Positions 1 to 11,000 of a stretch of 64,000 bases of DNA are shown one piece after another (the stretch's first letter is position 1; every line of letters begins with the position of its first letter). The notes under the pieces are model-generated. The model was not told the DNA's origin. It did no database searches and saw nothing but the letters and a program-made list of their open reading frames with translations. Origin of the DNA: Paragordius varius (Eukaryota > Animalia > Nematomorpha); contig OZ176054.1 of assembly GCA_964247055.1 (NCBI GenBank), positions 496,001 through 560,000 of the forward strand. The letters run 5' to 3'. The translations under genes were made by a program, and so were the position numbers.

Positions 1-631
1 TAGTAAGACTACATCAAATTATAGAGATAGTTTGACAAACTCTATATCCGATTTTTACAATGATACTTTAAAAATTAATGTATAAAACTAGTCGCATCAA
101 TACTCAAGTTAAACTTTGTCTGTAAAAATCGGATATTGGTCACCGGAAAACAAAATTATTTTTTATACATTCTCTTAGAGAGACTACATCAAAATATAGA
201 GATAGTTTGACAAACTCTTTCATATCCGATTTTTACAAGGATACTTTAAAAATTAATGTATAAAACTAGTCGTATCAATAAATCGCATCAATACTCAAGT
301 TAAACTTTGTCCTTAAAAATCGGATATTGGTCACCGGTGAACAAAATTATTTTTTATACATTCTCTTAGTAAGACTACATCAAATTATAGAGATAGTTTG
401 ACAAACTCTATATCCGATTTTTACAACGATACTTTAAAAATTAATGTATAAAAGTAGTCGCATCAATACTCAAGTCAAATTTTGTCCTTAAAAATGTGAT
501 ATTGATCACCGGTGAACAAAATTATTTTTTATAAATTCTCTTAGCAAGACTACATCAAAATATAGAGATAGTTTGACAAACTCTTTCATATCCGATTTTT
601 ACAACGATACTTTAAAAATTAATGTATAAAA

Positions 632-3600
632 CTAGTCGCATCAATACTCAAGTTAAACTTTGTCTGTAAAAATCGGATATTGGTCACCGGAAAACAAAAT
701 TATTTTTTATACATTCTCTTAGAGAGACTACATCAAAATATAGAGATAGTTTGACAAACTCTTTCATATCCGATTTTTACAAGGATACTTTAAAAATTAA
801 TGTATAAAACTAGTCGTATCAATAAATCGCATCAATACTCAAGTTAAACTTTGTCCTTAAAAATCGGATATTGGTCACCGGTGAACAAAATTATTTTTTA
901 TACATTCTCTTAGTAAGACTACATCAAATTATAGAGATAGTTTGACAAACTCTATATCCGATTTTTACAACGATACTTTAAAAATTAATGTATAAAAGTA
1001 GTCGCATCAATACTCAAGTCAAATTTTGTCCTTAAAAATGTGATATTGATCACCGGTGAACAAAATTATTTTTTATAAATTCTCTTAGCAAGACTACATC
1101 AAAATATAGAGATAGTTTGACAAACTCTTTCATATCCGTTTTTACAACGATACTTTAAAAATTAATGTATAACACTAGTCGCATCAATACTCAAGTTAAA
1201 CTTTGTCCTTAAAAATCGAATATTGGTCACCGGTGAACAAAATAATTTTTTATACATTCTCTTAGTAGGACTACATAAAAATATAGAGATAGTTTGGCAA
1301 ACTCTTTCATATCCGATTCTTACAACGATACTTTAAAAATTAATGTATAAAACTAGTCGCATCAATACTCAAGTTAAACTTTGTCCTTAAAAATCGGATA
1401 TTGGTCACCGGTGAACAAAATTATTTTTTATACATTCTCTTAGTAAGACTACATCAAAATATAGAAATAGTTTGACAAACTCTTTCATATCCGATTTTTA
1501 CAACGATACTTTAAAAATTAAGTATTAAACTAGTCGCATCAACACTCAAGTTAAACTTTGTCCTTAAAAATCGGATATTGGTCACCGGTGAACAAAATTA
1601 TTTTTTATAAATTCTCTTAGCAAGACTACATCAAAATATAGAGATAGTTTGACAAACTCTTTCATATCCGTTTTTACAACGATACTTTAAAAATTAATGT
1701 ATAAAACTAGTCGCATCAATACTCAAGTTAAATTTTGTCCTTAAAAATGGGATATTGGTCACCGGTGAACAAAACTATTTTTTATACATTCTCTTAGTAA
1801 GACTACATCAAAATATAGAGATAGTTTGACAAACTCTTTTATATCCGATTTTTACAACGATACTTTAAAAATTAATGTGTTAAACTAGTCGCATCAATAC
1901 TCAAGTTAAACTTTGTCTGTAAAAATCGGATATTGGTCACCGGAGAACAAAATTATTTTTTATACATTCTCTTAGTAACACTACATCAAAATATAGAGAT
2001 AGTTTGACAAACTCTTTCATATCCGATTTTTACAACGATACTTTAAAAATTATGATATTAAACCAGTCGCATTAATACTCAAGTTAAACTTTGTCCTTAA
2101 AAATCGGATATTGGTCACCGGTGAACAAAATTATTTTTTATACATTCTCTTAGTAAGACTACATCAAAATATAGAGATAGTTTGACAAACTCTTTTATAT
2201 CCGATTTTTACAACGATACTTTAAAAATTAATGTGTTAAACTAGTCGCATCAATACTCAAGTTAAACTTTGTCTGTAAAAATCGGATATTGGTCACCGGA
2301 AAACAAAATTATTTTTTATACATTCTCTTAGAGAGACTACATCAAAATATAGAGATAGTTTGACAAACTCTTTCATATCCGATTTTTACAAGGATACTTT
2401 AAAAATTAATGTATAAAACTAGTCGTATCAATAAATCGCATCAATACTCAAGTTAAACTTTGTCCTTAAAAATCGGATATTGGTCACCGGTGAACAAAAT
2501 TATTTTTTATACATTCTCTTAGTAAGACTACATCAAATTATAGAGATAGTTTGACAAACTCTATATCCGATTTTTACAATGATACTTTAAAAATTAATGT
2601 ATACTAGTCGCATCAATACTCAAGTTAAACTTTGTCTGTAAAAATCGGATATTGGTCACCGGAAAACAAAATTATTTTTTATACATTCTCTTAGAGAGAC
2701 TACATCAAAATATAGAGATAGTTTGACAAACTCTTTCATATCCGATTTTTACAAGGATACTTTAAAAATTAATGTATAAAACTAGTCGTATCAATAAATC
2801 GCATCAATACTCAAGTTAAACTTTGTCCTTAAAAATCGGATATTGGTCACCGGTGAACAAAATTATTTTTTATACATTCTCTTAGTAAGACTACATCAAA
2901 TTATAGAGATAGTTTGACAAACTCTATATCCGATTTTTACAACGATACTTTAAAAATTAATGTATAAAACTAGTCGCATCAATACTCAAGTTAAACTTTG
3001 TCTGTAAAAATCGGATATTGGTCACCGGAAAACAAAATTATTTTTTATACATTCTCTTAGAGAGACTACATCAAAATATAGAGATAGTTTGACAAACTCT
3101 TTCATATCCGATTTTTACAAGGATACTTTAAAAATTAAGTATTAAACTAGTCGCATCAATACTCAAGTTAAACTTTGTCTGTAAAAATCGGATATTGGTC
3201 ACCGGAAAACAAAATTATTTTTTATACATTCTCTTAGAGAGACTACATCAAAATATAGAGATAGTTTGACAAACTCTTTCATATCCGATTTTTACAAGGA
3301 TACTTTAAAAATTAATGTATAAAACTAGTCGTATCAATAAATCGCATCAATACTCAAGTTAAACTTTGTCCTTAAAAATCGGATATTGGTCACCGGTGAA
3401 CAAAATTATTTTTTATACATTCTCTTAGTAAGACTACATCAAATTATAGAGATAGTTTGACAAACTCTATATCCGATTTTTACAACGATACTTTAAAAAT
3501 TAATGTATAAAAGTAGTCGCATCAATACTCAAGTCAAATTTTGTCCTTAAAAATGTGATATTGATCACCGGTGAACAAAATTATTTTTTATAAATTCTCT

Positions 3601-4673
3601 TAGCAAGACTACATCAAAATATAGAGATAGTTTGACAAACTCTTTCATATCCGTTTTTACAACGATACTTTAAAAATTAATGTATAACACTAGTCGCATC
3701 AATACTCAAGTTAAACTTTGTCCTTAAAAATCGAATATTGGTCACCGGTGAACAAAATAATTTTTTATACATTCTCTTAGTAGGACTACATAAAAATATA
3801 GAGATAGTTTGGCAAACTCTTTCATATCCGATTCTTACAACGATACTTTAAAAATTAATGTATAAAACTAGTCGCATCAATACTCAAGTTAAACTTTGTC
3901 CTTAAAAATCGGATATTGGTCACCGGTGAACAAAATTATTTTTTATACATTCTCTTAGTAAGACTACATCAAAATATAGAAATAGTTTGACAAACTCTTT
4001 CATATCCGATTTTTACAACGATACTTTAAAAATTAAGTATTAAACTAGTCGCATCAACACTCAAGTTAAACTTTGTCCTTAAAAATCGGATATTGGTCAC
4101 CGGTGAACAAAATTATTTTTTATAAATTCTCTTAGCAAGACTACATCAAAATATAGAGATAGTTTGACAAACTCTTTCATATCCGTTTTTACAACGATAC
4201 TTTAAAAATTAATGTATAAAACTAGTCGCATCAATACTCAAGTTAAATTTTGTCCTTAAAAATGGGATATTGGTCACCGGTGAACAAAACTATTTTTTAT
4301 ACATTCTCTTAGTAAGACTACATCAAAATATAGAGATAGTTTGACAAACTCTTTTATATCCGATTTTTACAACGATACTTTAAAAATTAATGTGTTAAAC
4401 TAGTCGCATCAATACTCAAGTTAAACTTTGTCTGTAAAAATCGGATATTGGTCACCGGAGAACAAAATTATTTTTTATACATTCTCTTAGTAACACTACA
4501 TCAAAATATAGAGATAGTTTGACAAACTCTTTCATATCCGATTTTTACAACGATACTTTAAAAATTATGATATTAAACCAGTCGCATTAATACTCAAGTT
4601 AAACTTTGTCCTTAAAAATCGGATATTGGTCACCGGTGAACAAAATTATTTTTTATACATTCTCTTAGTAAGA
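632..4673 (+). repeat. About 1.5-kb block duplicated at +2,515 (632-2158 and 3147-4673)
   Basis: CTACATAAAA 1271/3786, ATCCGATTCT 1311/3826 and TATGATATTA 2051/4566 match. The copies diverge at 2159/4674 (AGACTAC versus AGAATAC). Confidence 0.9.
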
Positions 4674-4711
4674 ATACATCAAAATATAGAGATAGTTTGA
4701 CAAACTCTTTC

Positions 4712-4804
4712 ATATCCGATTTTTACAACGATACTTTAAAAATTATGGTATTAAACCAGTCGCATCAATACTCAAGTTAAACTTTGTCCTTAAAAATCGG
4801 ATAT
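4712..4804. other. 14-bp perfect inverted repeat within each consensus monomer (example copy): ATATCCGATTTTTA - 65 bp - TAAAAATCGGATAT
   Basis: Arms at 4712-4725 and 4791-4804 are exact reverse complements (monomer positions 47-60 and 126-139). Confidence 0.97.
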
Positions 4805-4807
4805 TGG

Positions 4808-4817
4808 TCACCGGTGA
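4808..4817. other. 10-bp palindrome TCACCGGTGA within each consensus monomer (example copy); contains AgeI, SgrAI and HpaII sites and overlaps a BstEII site
   Basis: The motif is self-complementary and is the most GC-rich part of the monomer. Confidence 0.97.
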
Positions 4818-6800
4818 ACAAAATTATTTTTTATACATTCTCTTAGTAAGAATACATCAAAATATAGAGATAGTTTGACAAACTCTTTCATATACGATTT
4901 TTACAACGATACTTTAAAAATTAATGTATTAAACTAGTCGCATCCCATACTCAAGATAAACTTTGTCCTTAAAAATCGAATATTGGTCACCGGTGAACAA
5001 AATTATTTTTTATACATTCTCTTAGTAAGATAACATCAAAATATAGAAATAGTTTGACAAACTCTTTCATATCCGATTTTTACAACGATACTTTAAAAAT
5101 TAATGTATTAAACTAGTCGCATCAATACTCAAATTAAACTTTGTCCTTAAAAATCGGATATTGGTCACCGGTGAACAAAATTATTTTTTATATATTCTCT
5201 TAGCAAGACTACATCAAAATATAGAGATAGTTTGACAAACTCTTTCATATCCGATTTTTACAACGATACTTTAAAAAATAATGTATAAAACTAGTCGTAT
5301 CAATAAATCGCATCAATACTCAAGTTAAACTTTGTCCTTAAAAATCGGATATTGGTCACCGGTGAACAAAATTATTTTTTATACATTCTCTAATAGGACT
5401 ACATCAAAATATAGAGATAGTTTGGCAAACTCTTTCATATCCGATTTTTACAACGATACTTTAAAAATTAATGTATAAAACTAGTCGCATCAATACTCAA
5501 GTTAAACTTTGTCCTTAAAAATCGAATATTGGTCACCGGTGAACAAAATTACTTTTTATACATTCTCTTAGTTAGACTACATCAAAATATAGAGATAGTT
5601 TGACAAACTCTTTCATATCCGATTTTTACAACGATACTTTAGAAATTATGGTATTAAACTAGTCGCATCAACACTCAAGTCAAATTTTGTCCTTAAAAAT
5701 GTGATATTGATCACCGGTGAACAAAACTATTTTTTATACATTCTCTCTGTAAGACTACATCAAAATATAGAATTTGACCAACTCTTTCATATCCGATTTT
5801 TACAACGATACTTTAATTAATGTATTAAAATAGTCGCATCAATACTCAAGTTAAACTTTGTCCTTAAAAATCGGATATTGGTCACCGGTGAACAAAATAA
5901 TTTTGTATACATTCTCTTAGTAGGACTACATCAAAATATAGAGATAGTTTGACAAACTCTTTTATATCCGATTTTTACAACGATACTTTAAAAATTAATG
6001 TATAAAAGTAGTCGCATCAATACACAAGTTAAACTTTGTCCTTAAAAATCGGATATTGGTCACCGGTGAACAAAATTATTTTTTATACATTCTCTTAGTA
6101 AGACTACATCAAAATATAGAGATAGTTTGACAAACTCTTTCATATCCGATTTTTACAACGATACTTTAATTAATGTATTAAAATAGTCGCATCAATACTC
6201 AAGTTAAACTTTGTCCTTAAAAATCGAATATTGGTCACCGGTGAACAAAATTACTTTTTATACATTCTCTTAATTAGACTACATCAAAATATAGAGATAG
6301 TTTGACAAACTCTTTAATATCCGATTTTTACAACGATACTTTAAAAATTAATGTGTTAAACTAGTCGCATCAATACTCAAGTTAAACTTTGTCTGTAAAA
6401 ATCGGATATTGGTCACCGGAGAACAAAATTATTTTTTATACATTCTCTTAGTAAGACTACATCAAAATATAGAGATAGTTTGACAAACTCTTTCATATCC
6501 GATTTTTACAACGATACTTTAAAAATTAATGTATAAAAGTAGTCGCATCAATACTCAAGTCAAATTTTGTCCTTAAAAATGTGATATTGATCACCGGTGA
6601 ACAAAACTATTTTTTATACATTCTCTCTGTAAGACTACATCAAATATAGAAATAGTTTGACAAACTCTTTCATATCCGATTTTTACAACGATACTTTAAT
6701 TAATGTATTAAAATAGTCGCATCAATACTCAAGTTAAACTTTGTCCTTAAAAATCGGATATTGGTCACCGGTGAACAAAATTATTTTTTATACATTCTCT

Positions 6801-8073
6801 TAGCAAGACTACATCAAATTATAGAGATAGTTTGACAAACTCTATATCCGATTTTTACAACGATACTTTAAAAATTAATGTATAAAACTAGTCGCATCAA
6901 TACTCAAGTTAAACTTTGTCTGTAAAAATCGGATATTGGTCACCGGAAAACAAAATTATTTTTTATACATTCTCTTAGAGAGACTACATCAAAATATAGA
7001 GATAGTTTGACAAACTCTTTCATATCCGATTTTTACAAGGATACTTTAAAAATTAATGTATAAAACTAGTCGTATCAATAAATCGCATCAATACTCAAGT
7101 TAAACTTTATCCTTAAAAATCGGATATTGGTCACCGGTGAACAAAATTATTTTTTATACATTCTCTTAGTAAGACTACATCAAATTATAGAGATAGTTTG
7201 ACAAACTCTATATCCGATTTTTACAACGATACTTTAAAAATTAATGTATAAAACTAGTCGCATCAATACTCAAGTTAAACTTTGTCTGTAAAAATCGGAT
7301 ATTGGTCACCGGAAAACAAAATTATTTTTTATACATTCTCTTAGAGAGACTACATCAAAATATAGAGATAGTTTGACAAACTCTTTCATATCCGATTTTT
7401 ACAAGGATACTTTAAAAATTAATGTATAAAACTAGTCGTATCAATAAATCGCATCAATACTCAAGTTAAACTTTGTCCTTAAAAATCGGATATTGGTCAC
7501 CGGTGAACAAAATTATTTTTTATACATTCTCTTAGTAAGACTACATCAAATTATAGAGATAGTTTGACAAACTCTATATCCGATTTTTACAACGATACTT
7601 TAAAAATTAATGTATAAAACTAGTCGCATCAATACTCAAGTTAAACTTTGTCTGTAAAAATCGGATATTGGTCACCGGAAAACAAAATTATTTTTTATAC
7701 ATTCTCTTAGAGAGACTACATCAAAATATAGAGATAGTTTGACAAACTCTTTCATATCCGATTTTTACAAGGATACTTTAAAAATTAATGTATAAAACTA
7801 GTCGTATCAATAAATCGCATCAATACTCAAGTTAAACTTTGTCCTTAAAAATCGGATATTGGTCACCGGTGAACAAAATTATTTTTTATACATTCTCTTA
7901 GTAAGACTACATCAAATTATAGAGATAGTTTGACAAACTCTATATCCGATTTTTACAACGATAATTTAAAAATTAATGTATAAAAGTAGTCGCATCAATA
8001 CTCAAGTCAAATTTTGTCCTTAAAAATGTGATATTGATCACCGGTGAACAAAACTATTTTTTATACATTCTCT
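6801..8073 (+). repeat. Local dimeric higher-order repeat (175 bp + 191 bp = 366 bp), three copies plus one 175-mer
   Basis: Monomer starts at 6801, 6976, 7167, 7342, 7533, 7708, 7899 and 8074 alternate 175/191. The 175-mers carry CAAATTAT and CTCTATATCC (the first three also CTGT and CCGGAAAAC). The 191-mers carry AGAGAG, CAAGG and the 13-bp insertion. Confidence 0.93.
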
Positions 8074-11000
8074 TAGTAAGACTACATCAAAATATAGAAA
8101 TAGTTTGATAAACTCTTTCATATCCGATTTTTACAACGATACTTTAAAAATTAAGTATTAAACTAGTCGCATCAACACTCAAGTTAAACTTTGTCCTTAA
8201 AAATCGGATATTGGTCACCGGTGAACAAAATTATTTTTTATAAATTCTCTTAGCAAGACTACATCAAAATATAGAGATTGTTTGACAAACTCTTTCATAT
8301 CCGTTTTTACAACGATACTTTAAAAATTAATGTATAAAACTAGTCGCATCAATACTCAAGTTAAATTTTGTCCTTAAAAATGGGATATTGGTCACCGGTG
8401 AACAAAACTATTTTTTATACATTCTCTTAGTAAGACTACATCAAAATATAGAGATAGTTTGACAAACTCTTTTATATCCGATTTTTACAACGATACTTTA
8501 AAAATTAATGTGTTAAACTAGTCGCATCAATACTCAAGTTAAACTTTGTCTGTAAAAATCGGATATTGGTCACCGGAGAACAAAATTATTTTTTATACAT
8601 TCTCTTAGTAACACTACATCAAAATATAGAGATAGTTTGACAAACTCTTTCATATCCGATTTTTACAACGATACTTTAAAAATTATGATATTAAACCAGT
8701 CGCATTAATACTCAAGTTAAACTTTGTCCTTAAAAATCGGATATTGGTCACCGGTGAACAAAATTATTTTTTATACATTCTCTTAGTAAGAATACATCAA
8801 AATATAGAGATAGTTTGACAAACTCTTTCATATCCGATTTTTACAACGATACTTTATAAATTAATGTATAAAACTAGTCGTATCAATAAGTCGCATCAAT
8901 ACTCAAGTTAAACTTTGTCCTTAAAAATCGGATATTGGTCACCGGTGAACAAAATAATTTTTTATACATTCTCTTAGTAACACTACATCAAAATATAGAG
9001 ATAGTTTGACAAACTCTTTCATATCCGATTTTTACAACGATACTTTAAAAATTATGGTATTAAACCAGTCGCATCAATACTCAAGTTAAACTTTGTCCTT
9101 AAAAATCGGATATTGGTCACCGGTGAACAAAATTATTTTTTATACATTCTCTTAGTAAGAATACATCAAAATATAGAGATAGTTTGACAAACTCTTTCAT
9201 ATACGATTTTTACAACGATACTTTAAAAATTAATGTATTAAACTAGTCGCATCCCATACTCAAGATAAACTTTGTCCTTAAAAATCGAATATTGGTCACC
9301 GGTGAACAAAATTATTTTTTATACATTCTCTTAGTAAGATAACATCAAAATATAGAAATAGTTTGACAAACTCTTTCATATCCGATTTTTACAACGATAC
9401 TTTAAAAATTAATGTATTAAACTAGTCGCATCAATACTCAAATTAAACTTTGTCCTTAAAAATCGGATATTGGTCACCGGTGAACAAAATTATTTTTTAT
9501 ATATTCTCTTAGCAAGACTACATCAAAATATAGAGATAGTTTGACAAACTCTTTCATATCCGATTTTTACAACGATACTTTAAAAAATAATGTATAAAAC
9601 TAGTCGTATCAATAAATCGCATCAATACTCAAGTTAAACTTTGTCCTTAAAAATCGGATATTGGTCACCGGTGAACAAAATTATTTTTTATACATTCTCT
9701 AATAGGACTACATCAAAATATAGAGATAGTTTGGCAAACTCTTTCATATCCGATTTTTACAACGATACTTTAAAAATTTATGTATAAAACTAGTCGCATC
9801 AATACTCAAGTTAAACTTTGTCCTTAAAAATCGAATATTGGTCACCGGTGAACAAAATTACTTTTTATACATTCTCTTAGTTAGACTACATCAAAATATA
9901 GAGATAGTTTGACAAACTCTTTCATATCCGATTTTTACAACGATACTTTAAAAATTAATGTATAAAACTAGTCGTATCAATATATCGCATCAATACTCAA
10001 GTTAAACTTTGTCCTTAAAAATCGGATATTGGTCACCGGTGAACAAAATTATTTTTTATACATTCTCTTAGTAGGACTACATCAAAATATAGAGATAGTT
10101 TGGCAAAATTTTTTATATCCGATTTTTACAACGATACTTTAAAAATTAATGTATAAAAGTAGTCGCATCAATACTCAAGTCAAATTTTGTCCTTAAAAAT
10201 GTGATATTGATCACCGGTGAACAAAACTATTTTTTATACATTCTCTCTGTAAGACTACATCAAATATAGAGATAGTTTGGCAAACTCTTTCATCCGATTT
10301 TTACAACGATACTTTAAAAATTAGGTATAAAACTAGTCGCATCAATACTCAAGTTAAACTTTGTCCTTAAAAATCGAATATTGGTCACCGGTGAACAAAA
10401 TTATTTTTTATACATTCTCTTAGTAAGACTACATCAAATTATAGAGATAGTTTGACAAACTCTATATCCGATTTTTACAACGATACTTTAAAAATTAATG
10501 TATAAAACTAGTCGCATCAATACTCAAGTTAAACTTTGTCTGTAAAAATCGGATATTGGTCACCGGAAAACAAAATTATTTTTTATACATTCTCTTAGAG
10601 AGACTACATCAAAATATAGAGATAGTTTGACAAACACTTTCATATCCGATTTTTACAAGGATACTTTAAAAATTAATGTATAAAACTAGTCGTATCAATA
10701 AATCGCATCAATACTCAAGTTAAACTTTGTCCTTAAAAATCGGATATTGGTCACCGGTGAACAAAATTATTTTTTATACATTCTCTTAGTAAGACTACAT
10801 CAAATTATAGAGATAGTTTGACAAACTCTATATCCGATTTTTACAACGATACTTTAAAAATTAATGTATAAAACTAGTCGCATCAATACTCAAGTTAAAC
10901 TTTGTCTGTAAAAATCGGATATTGGTCACCGGAAAACAAAATTATTTTTTATACATTCTCTTAGAGAGACTACATCAAAATATAGAGATAGTTTGACAAA

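Noticed and set aside
1263-1440. Strictly 10-bp phased A-tracts (bent DNA)
   Set aside because: A/T tracts are abundant but their spacings in the consensus (18, 14, 40 and 28 bp between the major tracts) are irregular. A curvature calculation would be needed.
4712-4804. Intact MITE or transposon insertions, terminators or promoters
   Set aside because: The IR is part of every monomer, with no target-site duplication, unique flanks or associated gene. TATA-like strings are expected at 72% AT.
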